The position numbers and the translations under genes are program-made. From the sequence record NC_028899.1: a stretch of 64,000 nucleotides of DNA; one strand, given 5' to 3'. Position 1 is the first letter of the stretch, and each line of letters starts with the position of its first letter. Shown piece after piece: positions 54,546 to 64,000 of this stretch. Under the pieces are notes generated by a model, which had not been told where the DNA came from, did no database searches, and worked only from the letters and a program-made list of their open reading frames with translations.

Positions 54546-56627
54546 TTACTGGATCATGCGCAGCAGGATTGCCTTGTCGTTCATGTACGAACGGCTGGCT
54601 TCGATGACACGCATGTCCGACGTCTGGATGTAGAAACGACCATACTGGTCGCCATCCTTGGTCAGCAGATCTTGAGCGAGATCGTGGAAGAACGGGTTCG
54701 TTTCCGAGAGCAGCTGCGATGCGACATCCGGCACCATGTCGAGGTCCAGATTGAAACCCACCTCGTTGAGGTAGATCATCTTCGTGGGCATCGACACGAC
54801 GAACGGCTTCAGGCCGCTTGCGCCTTCAGGCAGTTGCGTCAGCACATAGATTTCCGCTTCCTGGTCGTAATGGAACAGGTTGCGGATTTCGCGCTCCTGA
54901 TACGTGTTGATCGCATCGCGGTAGCCATCACCATACTTCTCGGTGATGTGTGCGAACAGCTCCAGCCAGTCGGACGAGAACGACGTGATCTTCAGCTTCG
55001 GGATCGACAGATGCTGACGCATGATGCGGTTCACAGCCTTCGTCAGATAACGATCCAGTTGCAGCCAGAGTTCCGGACGCAGCTTCTTCGACAGCATGCG
55101 AACCTTCTCGCACAGCTTCGTGAACGACGCCACTTGACGCAGTTCTTCAAGCAGCGCAGCTTCATCTTCCGTTGCGATGAACGAGTCGATGATCGATGCG
55201 CGGCCAACAGCGATTTCCACCGGATAGTAGAGATCGCCATTGGGTTGCTTGCGTTCTTGCGTGAAGCGACGATAGTTCAGACGCACCAGCACGTCCTTCA
55301 GGCCGTACGACATGAAGTTGTGTTCGGTGATGTCCATGCGGCTGTGATACGTTACCGTATCGTCCGTACCTTCGACGTTGAACGTCTCGGACGGAGTGAG
55401 CAACGCTTCGTGCAGCACGTTCAGGCGATTTGCCACCGCCGAACCATCGTCGAAACGAGTCCAGTCCTTCGGCGTCGTACCGAACGCCATCGACCCGTGA
55501 GCGTAGTAATCCACGATTTGATCCTTGTCGAGTACTCGCGGAATCACAACCTCGTGCTTCAGATCCATTTCGTACAGCAGATCCTGGTTGTGATTGATCA
55601 CGAACGGATGCGGATGATCTTGGCTCGGCACCCACGCATCCAGATTTTGATAAGCCGAGAGAAGCGGGTTGCTGCCTTGAGCCCCCGCGACTTCTTCGCC
55701 ACGGCTCATTTCGTTGGATGACATGTTGTTCCCTTCTTGTTGGGATTCACGAGCGAGAGCATCGGTGATATCATCATCCCGACGATCACGACCCGGCAGA
55801 CGCTGAACGTGACTGCCGCGAGTTTCTGCTTGTTGACGGATCGACGTACCGCTTTCATAACGGTCGTCATCCCGACGACGCGTATCGCGGCGATCATCCC
55901 GATCGTCACGTTCTTCACGACGGCTGCTGGACGCGTTGTCATCGAAGCGATCGTCTTGGTCCGTATTGCCGAAACGATTTTCACGAGTCGACACGGTGCG
56001 ACGCGGCGAACCGCTTACACCACCACGCACAGCACCGCGATCCCAACGATCCCGACGGGCACCGCGGTCACGATCCGAACCGAAACGCGCACCACGATCC
56101 CGATCGTCACGACGATCACGATCATCGCGGTCACGACCGCGCGGCACGTTGTTGCCGTTGCGACGATACGCTTCGACTGCTCGCTGATACTTGATGAACG
56201 TTTCGATCGCACGATCGATGTCGCGCTCGTTACGACGCTCGACATATTCCATCAGGTCCGGATACTGGTCGCACAGATATCCGATATGCAGCATGATCAC
56301 ATCCTCGACGCACGGCAGAACTGCGTCGCGCACGTCGCGGAACCGTCCTTCCTGCACTGCGATGTCGATCACATCACCGATCATCGCACAGATGTCTTCG
56401 AAATCGCGGTTGCGATAGTCGTTGTCCGACATCAGGTTGAAGTAGTGGATGCGCAACTCGTTGTCCTTCGCGCGCTCCTGAATCAAATCGATCGCGTTGT
56501 AGATGATGTCATCCATGACACGATCGATTTCGCGGACGGGGTGGGAGAACCGGACGGGGAGATCCCCACGACGAAGGTTTACTTCATGACCTTCGAGCCG
56601 CGTAGCAGAAAAATTGAGTCTAGCCAT
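54546..56627 (-). CDS. Hypothetical protein, 693 aa, with an Arg/Asp mixed-charge disordered region
   Basis: Globular N- and C-parts separated by RGRDRDDRDRRDDRDR... low-complexity sequence. Confidence 0.8.
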   Translation of the reverse strand: MARLNFSATRLEGHEVNLRRGDLPVRFSHPVREIDRVMDDIIYNAIDLIQERAKDNELRIHYFNLMSDNDYRNRDFEDICAMIGDVIDIAVQEGRFRDVRDAVLPCVEDVIMLHIGYLCDQYPDLMEYVERRNERDIDRAIETFIKYQRAVEAYRRNGNNVPRGRDRDDRDRRDDRDRGARFGSDRDRGARRDRWDRGAVRGGVSGSPRRTVSTRENRFGNTDQDDRFDDNASSSRREERDDRDDRRDTRRRDDDRYESGTSIRQQAETRGSHVQRLPGRDRRDDDITDALARESQQEGNNMSSNEMSRGEEVAGAQGSNPLLSAYQNLDAWVPSQDHPHPFVINHNQDLLYEMDLKHEVVIPRVLDKDQIVDYYAHGSMAFGTTPKDWTRFDDGSAVANRLNVLHEALLTPSETFNVEGTDDTVTYHSRMDITEHNFMSYGLKDVLVRLNYRRFTQERKQPNGDLYYPVEIAVGRASIIDSFIATEDEAALLEELRQVASFTKLCEKVRMLSKKLRPELWLQLDRYLTKAVNRIMRQHLSIPKLKITSFSSDWLELFAHITEKYGDGYRDAINTYQEREIRNLFHYDQEAEIYVLTQLPEGASGLKPFVVSMPTKMIYLNEVGFNLDLDMVPDVASQLLSETNPFFHDLAQDLLTKDGDQYGRFYIQTSDMRVIEASRSYMNDKAILLRMIQ

Positions 56628-56634
56628 TTTCGAA

Positions 56635-58314
56635 TTACCGCCCTTTAATTTTGTCTTGAGTACGTTTACGAATCGCCGCGAACACGGGGTTAGGATTCTC
56701 CGTCGTGATGAACTCAGGAGTCAACGTTGCCCACATGCCGAGACGGGTTCTTCCGGTCGGGGTCTTTTTCTGAATATTCAGATAGCCACCGATCTCTGCA
56801 ATTGATTCGTCCAGGATTTTGGAAGACCCTTGCGACGAACTATCGCGTCTTGCGCCTTTCTTGCTGCTGCTGGTTTGCGGTACCAACAGAGAAGTCAGCT
56901 TCGTGGCCATGTTATCGCCGGGAATTGCAATCGACGATACACCAGGCCGCCCGTTAGTGATCTTGAAAATCGGTCCGGGCTTCAACTTCTTTTTGAAAAT
57001 TTCCTCAATGGTCTTCTGCGTCAGAGGACGCTTCGGATCAGTAAGGCTACGACGATAAGCCGTGTGAATGGCGAAGTTCGTCTCGACGATCGCATGCGTG
57101 ATGTCATACAGAACGTAGTTGAGAACTGAGAGTTCCTTGCCAAACATACTGCTGATCTTGTTCGAGTCCTGAAGAATCCAACTGTTGCAGTTCATGAGAA
57201 CGTGCATGAAGAAGTCATAGGTACTCGTCACTTCGATCCCGATGGACTTGAGCTTTTGCTGCGTGATCAAGTCCATGTACTGATCGATACTCTTGAAGTG
57301 ATCCCGCACCTTATCGTGCAGAAGCCCTTCATTCATATCGCCAGTCCAGAGAATGTGACCCATCAGAACACGCCACAACCAGAGGTTGTCGATGTCCTTC
57401 AGGATCATTCGTCGGGGGAAGTGGTCGATCAGATAGAACAGAGCACCGGTCAAGCTCTCTGCATGCTGATCGAATTGCTCACGACGGATCGCGACTCGGA
57501 CCTTGCTCCTGACAAAGTCCATTCGAGGATTGCCCGATGGCGGAATGCCGCGTGTTTCACACACGACCCATTCCTCCGGTGGGAACCGCTCGACATCGAT
57601 ATCTTCGTTCGTTCCGAACACCGGCTCAATGCCGAGATACCGCTTGAACGTATCCGTCACGCCATACTTACAGAACAGATAGTGCGCAATGCACGTCTCC
57701 ATCTTGATCGTAGGCTGCAGCTTCAACATGTCTTTGGTCTTATTGTAAATATTCGACCAGACGACGTTTACACTACGACTTCTTCCGTCAACCACAAATG
57801 CATAATCCAGCCGCCGGAAGATCAGCTTGATACACAACAACTGTGCGAATACGTTGTCATCGTCCGGCGAGATCACGATGTCTTGCAAGACAGGACTGAT
57901 TGCGAACCGCGAACCAGCAATCGTGATCAATCCGCCTTTCGTGACGAAAGGCAGATACAGGAACCGCGGCGGAAGGTCCACGCCTTGGAACCTGAAGAAG
58001 AACTTCACAAGAAAGACATCCGAACGTGCCACATCAAACGCGGTCTTCGGTGCTTTCTTCAACTTGGTCTCGACTCGCTTGGAAGTTTTCGTAGGCGAAC
58101 GCTTCTTTGCGCCTTCCCGATATTCATCGGGCGGCAGACAGCGCTCATAGCCGACATAAACCAATCCTTCGGGAAATTCCCGACTGATCGACTTCCATAC
58201 TTGGTCGATGAACTTCAACGCCCGCGGAATGTGCGTTGTAGCAATCCCGCTTGCAATCGCATGATTGAATTTTGGAATGATGCGATTCCGGAGTTCAACG
58301 AATGTTGGGTCCAT
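56635..58314 (-). CDS. Phage multisubunit RNA polymerase beta subunit, N-terminal part (non-virion RNAP, gp123-like)
   Basis: RFLYLPFVTKGGLITIAGSRFAISPVLQD (beta-type), fork-like SIAEIGGYL...PTGR.RL; position downstream of the capsid gene matches remembered phiKZ order. Confidence 0.78.
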   Translation of the reverse strand: MDPTFVELRNRIIPKFNHAIASGIATTHIPRALKFIDQVWKSISREFPEGLVYVGYERCLPPDEYREGAKKRSPTKTSKRVETKLKKAPKTAFDVARSDVFLVKFFFRFQGVDLPPRFLYLPFVTKGGLITIAGSRFAISPVLQDIVISPDDDNVFAQLLCIKLIFRRLDYAFVVDGRSRSVNVVWSNIYNKTKDMLKLQPTIKMETCIAHYLFCKYGVTDTFKRYLGIEPVFGTNEDIDVERFPPEEWVVCETRGIPPSGNPRMDFVRSKVRVAIRREQFDQHAESLTGALFYLIDHFPRRMILKDIDNLWLWRVLMGHILWTGDMNEGLLHDKVRDHFKSIDQYMDLITQQKLKSIGIEVTSTYDFFMHVLMNCNSWILQDSNKISSMFGKELSVLNYVLYDITHAIVETNFAIHTAYRRSLTDPKRPLTQKTIEEIFKKKLKPGPIFKITNGRPGVSSIAIPGDNMATKLTSLLVPQTSSSKKGARRDSSSQGSSKILDESIAEIGGYLNIQKKTPTGRTRLGMWATLTPEFITTENPNPVFAAIRKRTQDKIKGR

Positions 58315-58332
58315 GCAATCTCCAGAAGTTAT

Positions 58333-59481
58333 TCAATTTGAAAACAATCCTTTTAACGCCACGATGGCTGCCCCCGCACCCATCAGTACCGTTGGGATAA
58401 ACTTCCACATCTCACTCGAATCCTTTCTTATCGTACTTCTTTCCTCGTAAAGGTCTTTCGTTCTTAACTGTTCAATCTTGGTCTCGTGATCCTCTCGGGC
58501 ATACCTGCGACTGAGTTCATTTTCGAAATGCTTGGTTCTACGCTCTTCGTCTTCCAATTGCTGCTGGAGTCTGATATTGCGTTGTGCCAGTTCCAAGTTC
58601 TCCAGATCAAATCCGGCTTTCCGATCGGCATGTTCTGCCTGCTTCTTCTTGCCTTGTAGATCCAGATGTTTTAATTCATAACTGAGTTCAACTTCATGCT
58701 CAGGAGCGGTACGGGCCTCGGCGTAAGTCCTATACAACCACTTTGCTTCTGGCATTGCCTCAGGTGGGATATAATCGATGATGTCCTGGACGGGACCTTG
58801 AGCATCATCCACAAATCCCCGATACTTCAGATATACGCCGTCCCTTCTTAGCGCATTCTTAACAGTATCGATCCGCACGACTTTCCCAAGTAGCCGCATA
58901 TACCTGGGTCCAATCACTTCACGATTATCGATGATCTCGACTGCTAGACCATTTTCTCCCAGGGTCCTCGTTCCCTTAGGCTGTCTGGTCATCGCCTCGT
59001 AACAGAATGGATGCAACGGTATATTATCCCGTCTTGTCGATAAGATTATATCTTTTTCGACCAGATAGAGAGTTCCACCATTGTCATTCATCGTCAAAGG
59101 CGTTACTTCATAGTCATACTTCATAGCTACGCTATGAGTCTGGTCGCGATAGCTCCGCAGAAACAGATCCTCGAATGCTCTCAGATCTTGACTCTTAGGA
59201 CCTTCGTGACTTATTAGTCTATCCCGCACACTGTGCTTGATGTTATCAGACAAGTACATCTCTTCGCGAATCACGAATGCCTGACTTGTACGGGACTGCC
59301 GACTTGGTACATCCATCACAACACCATTTCTAAACCCCAACGTAATCGGTCGGCCCGAATAGTTGAGAAACTTGGTGTGGATGGAAACGTCACAGCTTTC
59401 GTTGACCGAATGCTGATGAGACGGAGACTCTTTTAGTGGAACCGACCAATGAACCGGTTCCATACCCCGGTCAGAATCCAT
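58333..59481 (-). CDS. Hypothetical protein, 382 aa, with C-terminal coiled coil and hydrophobic tail
   Basis: Long ORF between the capsid and RNAP genes; ends in a TM-like segment (FIPTVLMGAGAAIVAL). Confidence 0.75.
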   Translation of the reverse strand: MDSDRGMEPVHWSVPLKESPSHQHSVNESCDVSIHTKFLNYSGRPITLGFRNGVVMDVPSRQSRTSQAFVIREEMYLSDNIKHSVRDRLISHEGPKSQDLRAFEDLFLRSYRDQTHSVAMKYDYEVTPLTMNDNGGTLYLVEKDIILSTRRDNIPLHPFCYEAMTRQPKGTRTLGENGLAVEIIDNREVIGPRYMRLLGKVVRIDTVKNALRRDGVYLKYRGFVDDAQGPVQDIIDYIPPEAMPEAKWLYRTYAEARTAPEHEVELSYELKHLDLQGKKKQAEHADRKAGFDLENLELAQRNIRLQQQLEDEERRTKHFENELSRRYAREDHETKIEQLRTKDLYEERSTIRKDSSEMWKFIPTVLMGAGAAIVALKGLFSN

Positions 59482-59573
59482 CTTTTTACGGTCCTACGTT
59501 AATGGGCACATCATCTTCAAAACGTATAAGCAATTATCTAAAGACCTTGCTTATTCTTCTCAACTTCCGATTA

Positions 59574-59583
59574 ATGATATATT
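59574..59583 (-). promoter_or_regulatory. Candidate phage promoter motif AATATATCAT
   Basis: Third copy of the 10-mer, between the post-capsid hairpin and the start at 59481. Confidence 0.4.
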
Positions 59584-59622
59584 GATGATTTTTCATTGAA
59601 TCGTTATTCGACAGCATAAGCT

Positions 59623-59654
59623 CCATACTCCTACCCGTGAGGGTAGGAGTATGG
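59623..59654. terminator. Hairpin after the capsid gene, 14-bp stem, GTGA loop
   Basis: CCATACTCCTACCC-GTGA-GGGTAGGAGTATGG; stem identical to 28561-28592. Confidence 0.72.
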
Positions 59655-59706
59655 TAGCAGTGCTTCTCGTTAAAGAGCAGCTGTACTAGCCTGCTCGTCC
59701 GCGACC

Positions 59707-61983
59707 TTAAGCAGCGGTCGTGGTGCTGGTCGAGCCGTTCGCCGTCGTGGTCGTCACGGTCGTCGAATCGACGAACGCAGTTGCGTTCGTGACCTTGATG
59801 CCGAGGACGGCCTGCTGCGACAGAGCCTCTTGGAGGTTCGTCACGGTGACGACGCCGAGGATCGGGCACAGCGGGATGTGGCGGAACGACGGGTGAACGA
59901 TCAGTTCACGCGAGTGGCTGGTACGCGACAGGTTCAGCGCCGCGACGACTTCCGGCTTGTTCAGCATCATGCCGTGGTCGAGCGGGTGCGGAACGCCCGG
60001 GTTGGTGCTCGGGTAGCCCAGCGCGATGAAGATCTTGCCACGCACGCGGCTGTCCGGCGTCCATGCCTTCTCGTACTGGAAGTCGGGACCCATCGTGCGG
60101 GTATCACCTTCGACCATCAGGTACTGCGAGAGCACCATGTCGGTACCGAGCTTGACCACCGGCGTCTGAGCTTCCGTGCCTTCCAGCAGGTTGGCGGCGG
60201 CTTGCCAGTTCGACAGCTGCCACAGCTTGTACGCGACGATCTTGCAGGTGTCGGTCAGGATCGCGGTGATGTCCGAGTAGCGCTCGTGCTGAGCGGTCGT
60301 CGTGACAGCAGCCAACAGGTCGACTTCGACTTCTTGCAGGACCGGCTCGATCAGGTACGACGAGATGCCCATGATCTCCGGCTGACGGCCGATGATGTCC
60401 GAGCGCTTCGCGTACTGACGCAGCGAGTCGACTTCCGACAGCAGTTGCGTCACAGCCAGGTTCGACTGACGGACCTTGCACAGGTACGACAGAGCGGCTG
60501 CGTGCAGTGCGTCTTGTGCATCGCCGTTCGTGATCGGACGTTGCACCGACAGCGGGCTGCCGAGCGAAACGCCGTAGATCTGGCGATACGTGTTGAAGTC
60601 AGCCAGCTGGCCGAGTTCACGCAAGTTGCTGTTCACGCGACGAGCGTCGATGTCCACGCCGATGATCTTGCCGCCTTGCAGCAGGTTGACCATTGCAGCC
60701 TGACCAGCGTCGGCCACGTCCAGCGACACGCCGGCGGACGTCTTGATCGTGTTGACGACGATCGAGCCCGAGATGATTTCGTACGAGCTGTCCTGCAGGT
60801 TGATGTCACCGCGCACCGAGAACGACAGCCATGCCGTGTTCGCGTTGTCGCCTTGGAAAGCGGTCAGCAGCGTCGACGGGGCGTTGTTGAACAGCGTCGT
60901 TTGCGGGCCGACCATGGCCGAGTCCGTCGTGAACTGGAGGTCCATACGACGGGTTTGGCCTTGCAGCGCTTCCGTGAACTGGTTCAGCGGGCTGTTGGCC
61001 GTGTCGAAACGCACGACTTCCTTCGTGTTGCCGTCGGCCGACGTGAAGAGCACGTACACGCCCTTCAGCACCGCACCCGGGTCCAGCGCGTCGGTCTGGT
61101 CCAGCACGCCCTTGGCCAGCTGCGTGTCGGTCAGCGCGAGGCGGAACAGCGACGTACGGTAGTTCGTCTTCAGCGGCGCCGTCTGGATCGGTTCGCCGTC
61201 TTCGGTCGTTGCCGCGTACGGTGCGACCAGCGTCGGATCGACGAAGGCGTCGGCCGTCTGAGCGCGCACGACCGGGATGATCCGCAGCGTGTCGTTCTTC
61301 AGGATCGTCGCGTCGATTTCAGCGTTGACGATGTTGCGACGGTTGTAGTCCGTCAGGCGCTTTTCGAGTTCGAAACGCACTTGATCGTACACGGAGATCA
61401 GCGGAATCTCCATTTCGATCGCGTACTGGTCCGGCGACAGGTTGACCGTCTTGTAGAACATTTCGCCGAAGCGGTTCTGCGTGGCGGTCGCGAGCGCGAA
61501 AGCTGCCGTGAAGTTCAGCGTTTCGTCGTTCGGCTTCGTGTCGTACGCTTCCAGCGACTTCTCGCCGAGCTTGGCCGGATCGAGACCGCTGTGATCGGGG
61601 ATGAACACGTCGAGCGGGCCGCGGCTCTTCAGGTTCTTCATCTCGCGGCGCGCTGCGAGGCTTTCCTTCGGGTTCATCGCCGTTGCCAGCGCGAAGGCGA
61701 CTGCTTCGTGTTGCTGCGGGGTGATCTTGACGCCGAGCTTCGCACCGTCCATCTTGAAGAACGATTCGACGCTGGCTTTCACGCCGTCGAGCATGTCGTG
61801 AGCGGCTTTCTCGATGTCGGCACCGAACGACTCGTTCGAGACGAGCGCTTTGCCGATGCTGGGGTCGTTGTGAAGCGTGCCTTCCTTGCGGAGGCTTTCG
61901 ACCATGGCGAACGCGGCGCCGGCCACGTTGACATGTTCCTGGTCCGCACGTTTTGCGAACTTCGAAGTGGAAACGAAAGACAT
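59707..61983 (-). CDS. Major capsid protein (phiKZ gp120-like)
   Basis: 758 aa, extreme codon bias, GAGGT RBS, propeptide with S-x-E protease-type sites (SNE, SLE-AY), between DnaB and RNAP genes. Confidence 0.8.
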   Translation of the reverse strand: MSFVSTSKFAKRADQEHVNVAGAAFAMVESLRKEGTLHNDPSIGKALVSNESFGADIEKAAHDMLDGVKASVESFFKMDGAKLGVKITPQQHEAVAFALATAMNPKESLAARREMKNLKSRGPLDVFIPDHSGLDPAKLGEKSLEAYDTKPNDETLNFTAAFALATATQNRFGEMFYKTVNLSPDQYAIEMEIPLISVYDQVRFELEKRLTDYNRRNIVNAEIDATILKNDTLRIIPVVRAQTADAFVDPTLVAPYAATTEDGEPIQTAPLKTNYRTSLFRLALTDTQLAKGVLDQTDALDPGAVLKGVYVLFTSADGNTKEVVRFDTANSPLNQFTEALQGQTRRMDLQFTTDSAMVGPQTTLFNNAPSTLLTAFQGDNANTAWLSFSVRGDINLQDSSYEIISGSIVVNTIKTSAGVSLDVADAGQAAMVNLLQGGKIIGVDIDARRVNSNLRELGQLADFNTYRQIYGVSLGSPLSVQRPITNGDAQDALHAAALSYLCKVRQSNLAVTQLLSEVDSLRQYAKRSDIIGRQPEIMGISSYLIEPVLQEVEVDLLAAVTTTAQHERYSDITAILTDTCKIVAYKLWQLSNWQAAANLLEGTEAQTPVVKLGTDMVLSQYLMVEGDTRTMGPDFQYEKAWTPDSRVRGKIFIALGYPSTNPGVPHPLDHGMMLNKPEVVAALNLSRTSHSRELIVHPSFRHIPLCPILGVVTVTNLQEALSQQAVLGIKVTNATAFVDSTTVTTTTANGSTSTTTAA

Positions 61984-62097
61984 GTTTATTACCTCTTATT
62001 CCTAGGAAAAAGGTTTTCTGGAAAAACGAAAACTGCGATTCTGTACAAAACCGGTTTTGGCAGTGATTACCACCAAATTATTGAGACTTTGTTTGCT

Positions 62098-62739
62098 TTA
62101 TTTCAAGAGATCCAGTTCGGTCAGATACCACTCGAACCAGTTCGTCTTATGTACCACGTTCAGGTCGTAGTACATTTGCAGCTTCTCGATCACAGAACGC
62201 AGGAGTGTGAGTCGCAGCTCTTCTTTTCGATTGAATATCACCGGCGACAGAATTCCCTGATTGAGGGCCACAACAATCAGTTTGTTCGAAGCCGAATAAA
62301 CGCTATAAGATTGATGAAGATCAACCTTGTTCGCTGCATCTTGCTTGAGGTGGTCGATGATGTACTGATTCACCAGCTTGACGCTGTATTCTTGATTGTC
62401 GGTGAGTTCCGACAGTTGGTTCTTCGCATACTTATCTGCCTCATTTCCGTTCTGGCTCTGACCCGCTTCTTCCGGGAAGAACCAAAGGTAACCAAGGCTC
62501 TTGGTATACCGGCGGGAACGATCGGCGATATGCGGAATCGTACCACCACACCAGAAGATGGACAAACCATCCTCGGAAAAGCGATCGAGCGCGACCAGTT
62601 GCTCTTGCGTGAACCACTGGCGCATCTTCTCGAAGTTGACCAGGTCTTCGATCTTGCCTTTCTTGGCAAGTTGCTTGTAGGCCCAGTCCGGGATCACGAC
62701 TACCTGGTCGCCAGGGTGAACGTTCATGAAAAAGGACAT
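62098..62739 (-). CDS. Hypothetical protein, 213 aa, upstream of the capsid gene
   Basis: ATG 62739 (MSFFMNV) after GAAGG; divergent from dnaB. Confidence 0.7.
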   Translation of the reverse strand: MSFFMNVHPGDQVVVIPDWAYKQLAKKGKIEDLVNFEKMRQWFTQEQLVALDRFSEDGLSIFWCGGTIPHIADRSRRYTKSLGYLWFFPEEAGQSQNGNEADKYAKNQLSELTDNQEYSVKLVNQYIIDHLKQDAANKVDLHQSYSVYSASNKLIVVALNQGILSPVIFNRKEELRLTLLRSVIEKLQMYYDLNVVHKTNWFEWYLTELDLLK

Positions 62740-62840
62740 GTTCGCGCCTTCATCCGGAGATTGAAAATAAAATAAAAAAGTTACTCGTTCTACTTTGAAC
62801 GAAGCAACAAGAAAACCGACTAATTCCGCAGGTCTTACCA

Positions 62841-64000
62841 ATGACCCCAAGATTACTTCTTCTTAAGATCATTACGCTCTTGCATCTCGAATCCCAAATC
62901 GAGGGAGAGAACGCAAGGTCTTCAGACTTAGCCACCAGCCTGCTCGCCACGGTCAAAATTCCTGAGGCCGATGTGGGCCTCATAGACAGTGAACGAGAGA
63001 TCATTGGCTCGCTCTACAACATATGTCGTAAACTCGCCAACGCCGCTCCCGGCGACGACATGGATAAGTCGGACCTCCTTCAGGAAGTTCGGCTGCACTG
63101 CGGCACAGAGATCGATCTGTTCGAGTCCTTCAAAGAAGGAATCATTCTCGAACTATCACAAGATGGTCTCAAAAAGCGTGTTGGCCATATTCGTAAAGAG
63201 CTTAAAGGTTATCTTCATTACGAAGGAACCAAGAAGCGAATTATGGATGCGGCCCACATGCTGCGTTTCAAAGAGAATTCGATCGAGGACATGGATGCGT
63301 ATCTCCGTGAATTCTCAACTGATATCGAATCGTCGCTGAGTAAATCGAGTAAGCAGGATGAAGCGATTCTCGGCACGATCGACATGCAGGATAAAGATAC
63401 GGTCGTCAAAGCTGCTTGTGCAGTGTCAGATGAGCAATCGGGTGCCGGTAAGCTCAAGACGCATTTGCAAGATCTGAATGACATGATGAATGGCGGCATG
63501 CGCCGCGGTGAATTCATCTGTACGTCGGCTCTGCCACACAACAACAAGACCGGTTTCTCGTTGGACATCTTTGCAGGTGTCGCAGTCAACAACGATCCGT
63601 ATCTGTTCGACGCGAAAAAGAAACCTCTGTTGCTTCGTATCTCGTTCGAAGATGACGTTGAAATGAACTTCAACCACCTCTATAAACACTTCTGGGAACA
63701 GGAGCATGGTGAGGTGGCAGTCATGGTCGGTAAGTCGGAAGACGAAATCGCCCAATACGTCATGGACAAGATGACAGCGCGCGGCTGGCACGTCCGTATG
63801 TACAAGGTCGATCCTTCGTTGTGGTCGATCTTCGATCTGTTTGCATTTGTGCGTGATCTGGAATCGCAGGGTTATGAAATTGCTCTGTGTATGCTCGACT
63901 ACATGCGCAAGATGCCTACTACGGGTTGCGTACAAGGCATTGCAGGGGCTGACGTGCGTGACATGGCTCGTCGTTGCCGTAACTTCTTCAACGCCCGTAA
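62841..64000 (+). CDS. dnaB: DnaB-like replicative helicase (partial, runs off the window)
   Basis: My translation from ATG 62841 stays open to the window end: LNDMMNGGMRRGEF, Walker A variant ALPHNNKT, ISFED, MLDY. Absent from the ORF track because there is no stop in the window. Confidence 0.85.
   Translation, partial: MTPRLLLLKIITLLHLESQIEGENARSSDLATSLLATVKIPEADVGLIDSEREIIGSLYNICRKLANAAPGDDMDKSDLLQEVRLHCGTEIDLFESFKEGIILELSQDGLKKRVGHIRKELKGYLHYEGTKKRIMDAAHMLRFKENSIEDMDAYLREFSTDIESSLSKSSKQDEAILGTIDMQDKDTVVKAACAVSDEQSGAGKLKTHLQDLNDMMNGGMRRGEFICTSALPHNNKTGFSLDIFAGVAVNNDPYLFDAKKKPLLLRISFEDDVEMNFNHLYKHFWEQEHGEVAVMVGKSEDEIAQYVMDKMTARGWHVRMYKVDPSLWSIFDLFAFVRDLESQGYEIALCMLDYMRKMPTTGCVQGIAGADVRDMARRCRNFFNAR

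Noticed and set aside
59830-62775. 981-aa plus-strand ORF
   Set aside because: Antisense shadow of the capsid gene and its upstream neighbour.
62989-63339. Track ORF 62989..63339 as a gene
   Set aside because: Wrong frame; the real gene is the DnaB frame from 62841, open to the window end.

Overview
This window is a 64-kb segment of a phiKZ-like jumbo phage genome (Chimalliviridae-type; family assignment inferred from gene content and remembered synteny, not from a database search). Core genes: DnaB helicase (partial), major capsid protein, an RNA polymerase beta N-terminal subunit, probable portal, SbcC/Rad50 ATPase, RuvC, NAD-dependent ligase, class I ribonucleotide reductase (alpha subunit carrying a Gln-ending mini-intein, beta subunit, glutaredoxin), a DUF3380-type endolysin, spanins and many tail/receptor-binding proteins. 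The standout is a tightly coupled ~13-kb accessory cluster (11292-24443). It encodes five radical SAM/SPASM-type enzymes, five Fe(II)/2OG-type oxygenases, two DHFR-fold proteins, three orphan proteins, an inserted HNH endonuclease, and a 186-aa protein ending in (C-H-S-S)2-C-H-G-S-R-G-R-R. I interpret it, as an inference, as a phage-encoded RiPP-like protein-modification system. Other structure seen by eye: a family of 10-16-bp intergenic hairpins, mostly with GNRA/UUCG loops; a repeated AATATATCAT candidate promoter; and modular adhesins with shared N-terminal docking tags. No tRNA, rRNA or CRISPR array was recognised. All family calls come from motif reading without tools.
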